In this document: one piece after another, positions 45,101 to 57,610 of the stretch
How positions within the stretch are numbered: the stretch's first letter is position 1
Layout of the letters: every line of letters starts with the position of its first letter
DNA from: Chrysomallon squamiferum
Lineage: Eukaryota; Animalia; Mollusca
Assembly: GCA_012295275.1 (NCBI GenBank)
Contig: CM022673.1
Span: forward strand, 7,626,001 to 7,690,000
Direction of reading: 5' to 3'
DNA: 64,000 nt
Notes under the pieces: generated by a model
What the model saw: only the letters and a program-made list of their open reading frames with translations
The model's database searches: none
What the model was told of the DNA's origin: nothing
Made by a program: the position numbers and the translations under genes

Positions 45101-48100
45101 CCTCAACAATCCAGACTCAGAATTCTCCAACCACAGTTTCCCAGAACAATAAGTTGAAGTCATCAGTCTCCGCTGCTGTAAACCTTCAGCCTAAAACTTC
45201 CACATCTATTCCCTCCCAGTCTCAAAAGTCTTCTGCTCCAAACAGTAAATCATTTGAATCTGCTAAGAAAAGTGCTTCCAACCTTATTTCTTCCATTAAG
45301 AACTCTGTGCAAATGAAAAATGTAAAAAGTAGTGTTACTAGTGATCCTAATTCAAAGTCAGAACATTATAAACTTTCTGATCATCACCAGTTTGGACATG
45401 TTTCTTCAACAAAGGTAAATAAAAGTGAAGCAACACCAGCTAGCAATAAAAATGATATAAATTCAAAGATAACAGTCATAAGTTCACAGCATGATTTAGA
45501 TGCTGTCAAAAATAAACATGTATCAACTCCAAAAGAACCTTTAGTAAAGATTTTACTTACAGGAGAAGAACCAAAACCCAGGATTTCCAATATACCCACT
45601 GTTAATCCTTTCCCAAGTGAAACGATACAGACACCTCTTATAGTTAATCCATTTGAAGACTTTGCTTTACCAGATTACAATATTCCTACTGTTAAACCTG
45701 CAAAAATTGCCAAAGGTGTTCCTGTGACTTCCTTTGGTTATGTGGTTGGAAAATCAACAAAAGATGCCACATGTAGATATAAAACTGCATCTAAATCTCG
45801 TGTTATCAAAAGTGCCAAAAAGACTCAGAGTAGTAAAGATTCCAAGAGACCTGTGTCTAGTAATCGACAACCATCTGCCAGAAGACGAGGTGCAAAGTCA
45901 AAACCAGGAGAACAAGAAGAAGCTCATAAGGTTAAGAGTGCTAAGGGTAAAAGGTTACGTTCAGGTAGAAGGAAGAAATCTGACCAAGAACCTGCTGAAC
46001 TTACTAAGAATGCATTAAACCACGATGTTGCAGTTATAACTGGAATTGGCTGGCATGTTACCACTGATTGTTTTGATACATCTGATGTCAAAGTTGCTAA
46101 AATGATTGATTTGTCAGATTCTGAAGACTCTGATGTTTCTGTTGTTGAACTGATAAAAGATGAAGATCCATACTTCAAATTAAAACCAAAATTAACAGAT
46201 AGATCCGCCAGTCCAAGCACACCAAGATTTCAAGAAGTCAAAATGAAACCAAAACAGAAGTCTTTACTGCCTATAATGACCAATGATGGGTTTCCACCCA
46301 TGAATCTTGATATGACTCAAGAACCATTGCCTGGTGTCCAGATTACTGAAGCAACAACTTCATCAGTAAATAAAAAACCAAATTCCAAAGAGAATAAATT
46401 TTCTTCTAAAATGGATGATATCACAGATGAAGTCCATAAGAAAACAATGTTAAAGAAAATAAATTCCATTCCTCAGTCTCCCACACTTGTCAGTACTACT
46501 GTGAATGCTATTCACTATTTTGACCAGACTGTCACAGGAGAACAGTTAGATGAGCTTTTAGGAATTAATCCTGATGAAACCATTTTGAGTAGTCACTCTG
46601 CCATAATTAAGCAAGGCTTAAGAAATGAGGCACCATCTGGTAAAAAACATTCAAGTACTATGAAGAAGAAAGCAGATGGCAAAGCCACTTCTAATTCTCA
46701 GTCATTAGTGCCAGAGAATGAAGGAAAAACATCTGCTTCAATGGACCTTAATAAAGATACATCCAACTCAGAAGAGGATAAAAACAATTTACTTGAACCT
46801 GCACTTAACAGAGAGCCTAGTGAAGAAGAGATAACTAAGATCATTAAAAAATATGCAAGCTTGAAACATACCTCCTCAAAGCCTTCCAGAGAAAGAAATG
46901 ATGCCATGGACAACGATGATTTTATGTCCAAAAGATGTGAAAGAAAGTTTTCAGAAACTAAACGAGAACAACATGAGAATGACAGTGAAATTGATGAGGC
47001 TATTGAAGAGATCCTCAATTCCACTGCTGGAACATCGACTCTGAATTCGACACTAAGATCTAATAGAACTGTGAAGTCAGTGAACAGTACACTTACTGAA
47101 GCAGACATGAGTGTTCTTCTACAACTGAAGCAGACTGATTCTGTTTTCCATGCAAAACAGTCACATGATGATGTGCATCAGACAGAAACATCTGTTGATG
47201 AAACCAATCTAAATCTTTTGAAAAGATTCCATGATGACAACTTCAAAATGGGTTCAAAACTGAAAGCTATGATAGATGCTGATGCTGATGAGTCCAAAGT
47301 AAAAGCAATGATCAATGCAGATGATGAACACAAGCAGCTAGAAAAAGTAATGAACTGTGTACGCAACATGGAGCTGCAGGTTACCATGACAAATACTTCA
47401 GGCAAAACATCAAGTAACATCAGTCCACAGAAAATTCCTGTTAGGTCTGAGCAGACTATGGAGAGTCCACACAAAAGTAAAAAGCCTCCAAGTTGTCATG
47501 GACTGCCACCATTGTTCAAGGAACTCAAGAAAACAAGTGTCCAAAAAGGAAGAGCAATTTCAGAGGTAAAATATTAGATACATCATATTTGTAGTTTTTA
47601 ACATTCCATTACAGTCATATTATTGAGTGTCTATAAAAATTGTTCTGTTTTACATGATTTAATATTTTAAAATAAAATTTGACTATCACAAAATTATTTA
47701 AATTTTTACAGCATGAAGATCAGAGTCCTCGTATTGGTAATAAGGAAGAAGCCGTACTGGAAGCCATCAGTAAAGAGATCATTATAAACCCTTCAGAGGG
47801 AGAGGTGAGTTATTTTTCTACTTTAATATATTACAAAATATTTAACTCTTTTTTTCATTGACCTCATTTTACATACCTCTAATTTCACAAATATAAACAT
47901 ATATTTTCAACAAATTGTCATCAGATGAGAAAAAATATTCAACTAAACTTAAAAAATAAACAATTTGTTTAGAAAATAAACAGTTTGTTTAAAACATAAT
48001 AATTTTTATTATTTTGTAGACAATGTGCAGTCACTTGCGTGGTCGTAGAGGCAGCAGAACAAGCAGTGCTGGGACAGTGGACAGCATTGCATCAGATTCT

Positions 48101-49241
48101 GATGAGATGATAGAGTGGAAGAAAGGAAATGTTCTTGGAAGAGGAGCATTTGGAGTGGTAAGGAAGAATTTTTACAAAACGTTTTCATAGAAAACGATAT
48201 CTTGAATTTGCCTTGGTCTGAATATTGGCATCCTAGAGGCAGATCTTGTGTGAAATACCCCCGAACCTTAATTGGATGTTAGTGCATTAATCAGGTTTTA
48301 TTCTGGTACAGAAATAGTGTAATTTTTCAAATCAAATTTGGGCTTAAATAACATTTTATGGATATATTTTAGGATGTATGTATATGCTTGTGTGCTTGTG
48401 TCCATGTGTGTGTGTGTGTGTCCATGTGTGTGTGTGTGTGTATGTGTGGAAACATTTGTTTCTGTGTGTGTATGTATACATGTGTGTGTATATATATATA
48501 TTTAGTTGTTTATTTCAAAAGTGATTTATCTTATAATACATATTAAATAATTACATTAGCAAACTTAACTTTGTTGTAATATTTGAAAATAGTTCTGGTT
48601 TAAGAATAATTTGTCTGCAGTTATATTTTTTTTTAAATATGGGGTTGTTTTTTTTTTTTAAATATTTTCTACTTCATATTTGTTTCCTTCTCCAGGTTTG
48701 GTGTGGATTAACAAATGAGGGGGAACTGATTGCTGTGAAGCAGATAGAACTGAATGCAGCTGATCACAGCAAGGCACAGCGAGAGTATGAGAAAGTTCAG
48801 GAAGAAGTGGAACTGTTGAAGAATCTCAGACACAAGAACATAGTTGGGTTTGTATTTTTTCCATTAACAGTTTACACAGCAATTTACACAAATAAAAAAT
48901 ATATATATTTACTGTGGAAAAAATTGTTTTCAGGGCATCTCATGAGGCAAATTTATTGTTAATATGTTTGTACCTATTGACAATAAAAACTATTCATAAA
49001 AATTGGTATATTATTCATGGCCATGAAATTGCCCTGGAGTATCAAAAACTGGGCATCCACTTCTATCTATAAACTAGCTGTTAAAAGCATTTGGACTCAT
49101 TGCACCTTGCAATTTCTTTATTTTTATTAAAAGTCTTAAAACATTTATGTATTTATTATTTTATTTATAAGTGTTGTATCAAAAACTGATTGTAATTACA
49201 AAATGTTTCATCTTCATTTATTTATTTTAAAATATTATATA

Positions 49242-49286
<45 letters not shown>

Positions 49287-51352
49287 TTGTAATTCTTTAA
49301 TTTTATTTATTGTTATATTTATTTTTTAGATATCTTGGAACAAGCTTTGAGAATGATATTGTCAGTATATTCATGCAGTTTGTACCTGGTGGCTCTATTG
49401 CTAGTATTTTAGCCAGGTTTGGTGCTCTGGATGAGAGTGTGTTCAGACGTTACACTAAACAGATTCTAGAAGGTGTTGAATACCTGCATGAAAATGACAT
49501 CATCCACAGGTAAAGAGATTAACTGATACAAACAAACAAAATTTACAAAAATAAGTAAATAAATAAATGCATAAATAAATGAATCTTGAAGCATTCTTAA
49601 TCCTGAATACAAAAACAGAAATAATTTACTTGTTTGTTTTTTTTTTCTTTTTTTTTAACTCTTCTCATACTATAAGTAACAAGTTTGATTTTTGGTTGAT
49701 TTCAGTAAAATGTGAATGAAATTAAATACACACACACATACACACATATATATTATTTATTTATTTATTTTAATTACAGGGATATCAAAGGAGGTAATGT
49801 TATGTTAATGCCTAATGGTGTAATAAAGTTAATAGACTTTGGCTGTGCTAAACGGCTGTGTATAAACCTCAGTTTAAGCCAGTCACAGATTCTCAAGTCT
49901 ATGAAGGGTACACCATACTGGATGGCACCAGAAGTTGTTAATGAAACTGGACATGGGAAGAAATCAGATATATGGTAATAAAATTACATTTAACTAAAAA
50001 AATGTATATGTATATTTTTCAGTAATCATAACTAGTTTCAGATATATGAAAAGTATTGTATGTAAAAACACTTGTTAACATTAGTGGGTAGAATAATGAT
50101 ATGAAGAAAACAATTGCTGCCATTTTGTAAGCTGCTATAATTGATTATATTTTCTCACAAACAAAACACACATCATAATCAGGGAACTCTGAAACTGGAA
50201 TAGGAAAACCCATTTGTGTAGTTGAAAATCTATGAAACAATCACAGTTTACATTTATCTGTCATATTGTTTTTTAGTATCTACTAAAAGGAATAATTTTT
50301 ATTAAAGATATTTATTTATATTTGATTTGTTTTTATTCTATTTCAGGAGTGTTGGTTGTACTGTGTTTGAAATGGCAACTAAAAAACCACCATGGTAATG
50401 ACAACTTTTTTTATTTAGTTATTTGGTTGTTAATAACATCAAATCATTTTATTTTAATAAGATTAAATTTTGAGAAAAAATGAAACTTGTTTCATGCTTA
50501 TTTTTATGCAGAAATATGGTGCATTTTTTTATGCACATTTTTTTTTTTTGCTGGAATACTAAATATTTGTCTTAATTTATCAAATGTTTCTTTCAGGGCA
50601 AATGTCAATCCACTGGCTGCTATATTTGCAATTGGTTCAAATAAACCCATTCCTCCTTTACCAGAGCAGTTTTCTGCAGATGCTCGTAATTTCGTTGAAA
50701 GCTGTCTTACCAGGTAAAAATATGTCACATAAAAATCATTGAAAATGTATTAGGCATTCTGAAACCAAATCATACCAAATGAATAAATAAGAAGTAAAAA
50801 TGTGGGAAAAAAAGTAAAATGCATAGATACAAATTGTAAGAAAATTATAAAAAATATTTTTAAAAAGTTAGCCTCTCATTTCATGATTTTGATTTTCATG
50901 CTAGCATATACTGATAATGATTCACCACCTTTTTGTTTGTTCTATCTTTGATCCTTGATTAAAATTATATTCATTTATAAAATTCAACCGAAAATTTGAC
51001 TGAAAACAACAACAAAAACAACAAAGGTATAATTACAGAAAAAGAAAAGAAATTGGATTTATAAATAAAAAGGTCACTGCATTTTGTTATCATTTATAGC
51101 TGTAATATTTTTTTCATAACTAACAGTTTCTTTATTTTCAATTAATAATTAACAAAACTATTAAAATATTGTTTGAGAAAGTAAAGGCTACTTAATAAAA
51201 GCATCATTAATATATAAAATAGCCTGGTATTAAATGTGCCATTATAGTAATATTATAACTGTCATATTTTCAGAGACCAGAATAAAAGATTATCTGCCTC
51301 AGAACTGCTGCAGCATCCTTTCATTTTGAAGAAATCTCCATCAAGAAAATAA
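33293..51352 (+). CDS. MAP3K19: MAP3K19/YSK4-like STE11-family kinase with N-terminal ankyrin repeats (about 2,437 aa after correcting two 1-nt insertions)
   Basis: Exons: 33293-33514, 33863-33991, 34245-34439, 37262-37422, 38265-38380, 38653-38792, 39484-39745, 40059-40104, 40262-40364, 40960-41156, 41491-41557, 41940-42064, 42340-42489, 42925-43064, 43305-47565, 47712-47804, 48020-48157, 48696-48847, 49330-49509, 49780-49974, 50347-50394, 50597-50713, 51274-51352; all GT/AG. Kinase WKKGNVLGRGAFGVVWCGLTNEGELIAVKQ...SIFMQFVPGGSIASILARFG...HRDIKGGNVMLMPNGVIKLIDFGCAKRL...[43 protein letters not shown] matches MAP3K19 as recalled. Extra bases near 39535 and 44066. Confidence 0.88.
33863..39745 (+). 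CDS. MAP3K19: Ankyrin-repeat exons of the MAP3K19-like gene
   Basis: GNTPLIWAVKKGHIKIVHLLLKHGAD; LLQAAWQGNAKVVQKLL; EGLTPLLL; KTCLHYAS; FMPIHLASKSGNTNVIVSLVEGGSEVN; GLTPLHITAYNDHHQAAKMLLQHGAD, all ankyrin consensus. Confidence 0.88.
39221..39435. mobile_element. Possible Tc1/mariner-type MITE relic
   Basis: TA followed by CAGGGTGGTGCAAAAG at the left end, an imperfect inverted copy CTTTTTGCACCCCCTCTG at the right end, about 215 bp and non-coding. Confidence 0.4.
43305..47565 (+). CDS. MAP3K19: 4.26-kb exon encoding a Ser/Lys/Thr-rich low-complexity linker of the MAP3K19-like kinase
   Basis: ORFs 43356..44072 and 44197..47577 are joined by a +1 shift at 44063-44070. Acceptor tttcAG at 43304, donor GAG|GTAAA after 47565. 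Confidence 0.85.
48020..51352 (+). CDS. MAP3K19: Kinase-domain exons of the MAP3K19-like gene
   Basis: Gly-loop GRGAFG, VAVK-type IAVKQ, HRD, DFG and APE are all intact across 7 exons; stop TAA at 51350-51352. Confidence 0.93.
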
Positions 51353-52220
51353 AGAAAATTTCTTTGTAAACAGTGGAAATTCAAAAAATAAACCATCTTG
51401 CAGCCAGTAACATCATTATGATAAATGTTGTGAAAAAGAGTGCCAGATAAAAGGAGTTATACTGCAGTATTTCATCTGTGTTATGCAGCTGTATTTCAGC
51501 CAGTTCATGCTTTTGTTATACAGCAGTGTGTCAGTCAGGCAAAGTTCTGTTTGTATGTGTATTAAACAGATGTATTTCAGCCAATTATACATGTATAGGT
51601 ATACTTTAGTTGCTTATCTACTAGACAGACATATGGAATTTTTCAGTCATTTAATGATTTATATGCAATTTACTCATTGTGATTAAAGCCACGTGGAAAT
51701 ACAACGGTATTACACTTAAAATGTGATTTTGGATGCACCATGATTTAATTATTCATATATTTAAAAAAAAATTATATGAATGTGCAAAATAAAGAATCAG
51801 ATTTGGTTTTTAATTTTGTACATTAAGTTCAGTGCAGGAATAAATATTGCATTAAATCAGTATTTCCTCTTTATTAAATCACTGTATTAGTACCACCAAG
51901 CTAGCATTAACATCTTTCTGACAGGAACATTCAACTTGAAAATCTTAAAGTTTTAAATAAGTACTGCATTGAACGAACATCAACATTTCAGTAATAAGAG
52001 TAATTATTGCAAACATTCAACAAATAGTATCAGTGATTATCAAATACATTAAAGAAGTTTTCAACAAACATTGAATAAGCACAAAAAACTTTCTCCAAGT
52101 TTTGAATTAGTACCAGAGATATTTAACAGTAACTGAATTAGCAATCACTCAGTTGGCATTATGTTAAAAAAATACTGAATCAGTGTATAAATTATTCAGC
52201 TAGAATTGAATAAGTAGCTG

Positions 52221-52775
52221 AAGTATTCCCAAGTATTGAATCAACACCTTAAGTATTCCACAAGTATTGAATCAGCACCTTAAGTATTCCACAAGTATTG
52301 AATCAGCACCTGATGTATTCGTCAAGTATTGAATCAGCACCTGAAGTATTCCACAAGTATTGAATCAGCACATGAAGTATTCCACAAGTATTGAATCAAC
52401 ACCTTAAGTATTCCACAAGTATTGAATCAGCACCTTAAGTATTCCACAAGTATTGAATCAGCACCTGATGTATTCGTCAAGTATTGAATCAGCACCTGAT
52501 GTATTCGTCAAGTATTGAATCAGCACCTGATGTATTCCACAAGTATTGAATCAGCACATGAAGTATTCCACAAGTATTGAATCAGCACATGAAGTATTCC
52601 ACAAGTATTGAATCAGCACCTTAAGTATTCCACAAGTATTGAATCAACACCTTAAGTATTCCACAAGTATTGAATCAGCACATGAAGTATTCCACATGTA
52701 TTGAATCAGCACCTGATGTATTCATCAAGAATTGAATCAACCACCTGAAGTATTCATACTAGTACTGAATCAGTG
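52221..52775 (+). repeat. 31-bp minisatellite, about 18 copies, in the probable MAP3K19 3'UTR
   Basis: Unit AAGTATTCCACAAGTATTGAATCAGCACCT(T/G), starting at 52221, 52251, 52282, 52313 ... 52716, 52748. No spacers. Confidence 0.95.
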
Positions 52776-55580
52776 TCTCAAGTATTCAGCAAATATTGCG
52801 TAAATTTAACGTTAAGAAAGAAAAGATAAACTGTACTATGTTCACATGGATGTACATAGTAATTTTCTTTTTGCAATAATGATTCGAATGGGTATTTTGT
52901 AAGAATGTTGGTTTTTTTACTGTGTTCTTTAACCTGAAATACAGAGATAACTGTTTAAAGTGTGCCTAACTTTTGTAATGGTGATGTGTGGTTTTGTGCA
53001 GCAAGAACTGTATGAAAATGGATAACTTGTCTTTTTACAAGTTCCTATTATTTGGCTGTTTTGGAATGAGTTTATGAAGATATGATCTCAAAAATGTAAT
53101 ACTCTGATTTTGTTTTTGAGATCTTGGACAAAGGTGCTAGAAATTTAGCACACTTCTGTGTTAAAGTGTTGTGATGGACTTGTTACTCTTGTGAGAGGAT
53201 TACATTCTATCGATTTTTCATTTAGTTAATTTATTTACCTTTTATTTGAAATTAAGAAAAGCAATGATTTTTGGGGAACAAAGATGTGTGTTTTTATTTT
53301 CAAAATATTCTTCATTTCTTTTTCTTTGTTTTTTATGAATAATTCTGAAAAATAAAACATTGGACACATTTGAGAATTTGAAACCTGGAGAGTAATTTCA
53401 GTCCAGTCACCAACTGCTGATGGATTTTAATTGTGATATATCAACTATTCACTTAGATTTTCAACAAAAATGCAATCTTTTGTACTTGTTGTGACTTCAC
53501 AAAATCATGATCAATAATTCAGTGTGTGAAATTTTGTAACAATTAGTATTTTACAGGACTCAGTTTTTAATGTGTTGGTTGTAACAAAACTAAACATTCC
53601 ATCTTTTTTGCTATTTACACAGTTGTGATATATATATAAAACGTTTTAGAATTATTTACAATGATTTTAATTTACTTTTGCTGTTCTGAATTTTGTTTTA
53701 ACCAATAACTTTTGATAATATTTTAACCAACTTAATATTTGATCTTTGTACATGAGCACAAGCACACTCACATACATTAATTTCAAGTATATTCATTTAC
53801 TTAACCTTGTAAAAATCTGTATAGAGAAAATTACTAATTTTATAAAACTAGGATCATTTTAATTTTATGTAATGGTTTTTACTCCACTTGGGTTTTATGA
53901 TAATTTTTACTGCTTTATGTAAATTACTTTTTTAACAATTTTGAATGAAATGATAAATTAAGACTGTATTGAATGGGCATTTCATGTAAATATTTTATGG
54001 CAGGAAATGTGTAAAAATATTACAAATATCTTCTATTGTGTAAATCTATAGTTTGATGTTTGTAACAAGATTTAGAATCTTTGACAGTTTTTCTTCATAC
54101 AGTTTTGTGTTTTTTTCATTCTACCATTATATATTTGAATATTAATATAGAATTCATTTGTTTTAAATACAGTGTCTTCATTTGTATCACTTTTATAGTT
54201 TTTACAGTTCTTTGTAAATATACACCACCATTTTCCTTTTCTAAAGTATCTTTTAAATTTTAAAATCAATGAAAATATGTATACTGCTGATAATTTACAT
54301 TTTTTGAGTGCTAAAAGAATAACTTTTTATGCAGAAATTTTACATTTTTCCACACCAGGTTTGTACATTTTATACAAAACCCTGAGAAGCAATCTAATTC
54401 ACCTCTTTTTTTTTTGGATGTAACCTTTTTATTTCATTTGTCATGCAAAATGCCAATTATGCAATATTTGAAAAGCAATTTCAGATTTGTTAAGTACCTC
54501 TTTTTAAAAGGTTAAGAAATTAATACAAAAATAAACTTTTTAAACTTCTATGTATCACTGATATTTTGGGGAGTTATTTAGCTTTTGGATGCCAAAATTA
54601 CCTTTATCTTTAGTTTTGGAAGTTGATCCTTTTATGTACATATATACGTATAATTTTATTGTTGTTTATGCACATTCCACTTTTAAACTTTATAAATTTA
54701 TTTGTAATATATTTTGTAAATCATATCAAATCATTGTATTTAGCATTTATTATAAAATATAACCAAACTAGTACTAGTTACTATTCACCCATTACTAAGT
54801 GTTTCTGTGCTGACTGAAGACTGCAATTGTTTATTAACATATGAAATGTTTTAAATAGTTGGCTTGTTCAGCTTTTTTGAAAGAATAAAATAACTGTATT
54901 ACACCAAGTATTAATAAGTAAGCAGAATGATAGCAAACAATGGAAACAAAATCAGCTAAAGATTAAAATCTTACTTAAAATTCAGCACATTTATATTACC
55001 ATTTGTATATAATTTTTTAAAACATGTGGAAGTTTATTTTTGTCATACAACTGCTACCGATACCAACTAAGCCATGTGTACATTTTGTTCAGTGTAAATA
55101 CCAGCGATACTTACTAGCATGACAACAATGGTTAGAGCTAAATACAAGTAATTCACATTTTAATTTAATATTTTGTGTATTTTTATTTGCATCGTCCTCC
55201 CAATTCAGATGTAAATAACTTCCTTACCCCAACTAACATCAATCATACAAGTATAACCATTAGCCAAAATTGTATTTTTGTATGTACCACATGTACAATC
55301 TTTAATAAAAACATTTTGAATAATACTGTTTTGTTTTGTCAGTAATAATATAATCTTTTTCCACACAAATAAAAACACTGATTACTGCTGTAAACAAGAA
55401 TTGGACATATGGACAAATACAAGTTTTAATTGGAGTGTAGCTGGAAAATTAAAATGGTTGGATGTATTAGTTCAACTGACCATACATTAAAAAAAAAAAA
55501 AAAAAAAAAAATTAAAATTAAAATGAAAACAAATAACAAAAAAGTAAGATGTATACATTTTATTTTCAGTCTGTCACTGT

Positions 55581-55704
55581 TTAAAATTTACGAAATGCTT
55601 TTTTAGATCGTGAAGTCTTCATAACTTTCAGAACATTGAAGCATACAGTTTTGGAGAGAGGTCTGCATTCACCAATTGTCACAACATCACCAACGGAAAT
55701 ATCC
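55581..55704 (-). CDS. RPS11: 40S ribosomal protein S11 (uS17), last coding exon; upstream exons lie beyond the window
   Basis: ttttcAG acceptor at 55705-55706, then (R)[40 protein letters not shown] with the RPS11 C-terminal GECRPLSKT motif. AATAAA on the minus strand at 55559-55564. Too short for the ORF track. Confidence 0.92.
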
Positions 55705-55846
55705 CTGAAAAATTAAAAACATTTGTTACAAATAAATAGTCATAAATGTATCAAAAGATAATAAATGGTTCTTTTATTCTGGAACTTTTTTTGGTAAATA
55801 TTTGAAACAAGTAGTAATGGTTTAATAAAACCTGTTTGGTACAAGC

Positions 55847-55931
55847 TGGTGTAAAATCTTTCAGAGACTTCTGAAGTATCATCACAGGATTTATGAAGAC
55901 CATCGTGATTATCATTTCGGATAATGCACCA
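55847..55931 (-). ncRNA. SNORD35: U35/SNORD35-like box C/D snoRNA, copy A1 (variant C box)
   Basis: Minus strand: ATGATAA-TCACGATGGTCTT-CATA ... GTGATGA ... CTGA (55861-55864), with a flanking TGGTG/CACCA stem. Confidence 0.65.
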
Positions 55932-56223
55932 AGAGAAAAGGTTAACAAATATTTAGTGACATATGTTACTTTAGCAAACACTGTACTGCACCTTCAGTAT
56001 TTAAGTATCTTTACTCACCTTTTTAAAAAATTTATTTCAACTTCAGTGGTAAAAATGTTTTTAACCATATGCTTATTTAATCTTAATATTATTGTAAATA
56101 GCAAAATATTTTCCATGAGAAAATTTAAAAAAATCTATGCATTTTAATATATTTCTACATCAAAACTGATCAGAATATTTAGACTAACTAAAATCTTAAT
56201 TTTATTATCATGGTTTGTTTCAA

Positions 56224-56315
56224 GTGCAACATCTGCAATCAGAAATTTAAATTTGTCATCAATTATATTTTATGAAGACCATCGTGATTAGATATCATCA
56301 TTGCAGATAATGCAC
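56224..56315 (-). ncRNA. SNORD35: U35/SNORD35-like box C/D snoRNA, copy A2 (best canonical copy)
   Basis: Terminal inverted repeat ATCTGCAA/TTGCAGAT, C box ATGATGA (56295-56301), guide TCACGATGGTCT complementary to 28S AGACCGUCGUGA, D' CATA, C' TGATGA, D CTGA (56239-56242). Confidence 0.85.
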
Positions 56316-56776
56316 CAATAAAAATGAAAAAACCAAGAAACAAATAAAATAAATTATTTTAATCAACATTACTCTGGATTGGTATTTAAAAAAGTAAACC
56401 AGCAGCAGTATCTAATCAATTCCTGTGTATGTATGGAAATGTAATGTATTAGCTATTGTGTACTAATATTTATTTCTTTAGACATCTCCATCATGTGGAA
56501 ATAGTCGCAAGAAAACTGACTGATCTACATAAATAAATCATGATAAAAATGGAACATTTTTGTTTAAAACACTTTATAGCTTAACATTTTCTTTCATGTT
56601 TATTTGTTTACTGAATAACACAGCAATATTAATATTAAAAGATTTACTAAATGTAGTTTCAAACTGGATGTTGGATAATATACAAAATCATGCAAAGATT
56701 GAACTGCAAAAATTGACAGAAAATCTAAGATAAAATGACATAGTAAATTACTTCTACATATGTACAGATTTTATAC

Positions 56777-56878
56777 ATCAGTGCAATATCTGCATTGTCA
56801 GAATTTTAATTTGTCATCAATTTTATTTTATGAAGACCATCGTGATTAGATATCATCATTACAGAACACACACTGATG
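56777..56878 (-). ncRNA. SNORD35: U35/SNORD35-like snoRNA, copy A3
   Basis: C box 56853-56859, intact guide, D box 56798-56801, outer stem CATCAGTG/CACTGATG. Confidence 0.8.
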
Positions 56879-57151
56879 AAAATTTTAAAAACAGCTTTAA
56901 ACTAATACAAAACTGAATTCAAACCTTTAGAGTAGTGAGAATCAAAAGGATGATTTATTATAAATTTGCTTAAAAAATATGCTGAACAGATAGTCATAGG
57001 ACCATTTATCTGGCAAGCTTGGGGCTTGATGTGATCTAGATTTCTGGTCCAAAACTGAAGATCAATATAAAATAATGAAAAATTGTGAGTGCAAAAGCTT
57101 TTAGAAGTGTAACATGCTGTGTATTATAATTTCATTAGAAAATGTGTTATT

Positions 57152-57238
57152 AGTGATTTATCTTACTTCAGAAACTGGTGAATATCTTCATGGTTTTTTT
57201 TAAGATAAAATAATTTCATCACTGTAGATAAACTCACT
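57152..57238 (-). ncRNA. Box C/D snoRNA-like unit related to the B type, U35 guide lost
   Basis: C GTGATGA (57216-57222), D' CTTA, C' ATGAAGA, TATTCACCAGTTT, D CTGA (57168-57171), terminal stem AGTGA-TTTATCT/AGATAAA-TCACT. Confidence 0.5.
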
Positions 57239-57548
57239 GTTCATGTGTGCTGGAGTTAATACAGATTTTGATATATTCTATAGTAGTATTAGCTGTCAAA
57301 TGCATTCAGAAAAGCAAATTACTAAATCTACATCCTGAAGAGCCATGCCTTGTTAGAACAGTCATAAACCAAATGTAGAACAATTAACAAACTGAGGATG
57401 ACAGATATTCCTATTTCTTTACCAATAGATGAAATGTTTAGTAATTAGTACTTCTGAACTACTTTATATTCTTTAAATATATTTTATATATTAAATTGTA
57501 CTGAAATTTGTCTATTAAAAATAATTTGAAAATTAAATATAATTTCAA

Positions 57549-57610
57549 CATCTGCAATCAGAAATTACAATTTTGTCATCAACATGTTATGAAGACCACA
57601 TCATTACAGA
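57549..57610 (-). pseudogene. U35-like snoRNA copy A4 with deleted guide
   Basis: Aligns to the A copies but reads GAAGACCAC-ATCATT on the plus strand, i.e. about 15 nt of guide and C-box flank are missing. Confidence 0.65.

Noticed and set aside
43391-47474. Several minus-strand ORFs within the giant exon
   Set aside because: Antisense shadows of the long plus-strand reading frame.
33293-51352. Calling the MAP3K19-like gene a pseudogene
   Set aside because: All splice sites and catalytic motifs are intact, with no nonsense codons over about 7.3 kb of CDS. The two 1-nt insertions share an artefact-like signature.
52221-52775. CRISPR-like array of 31-bp repeats
   Set aside because: Units are head-to-tail with no unique spacers, there are no cas genes, and the context is eukaryotic. 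It is a minisatellite.
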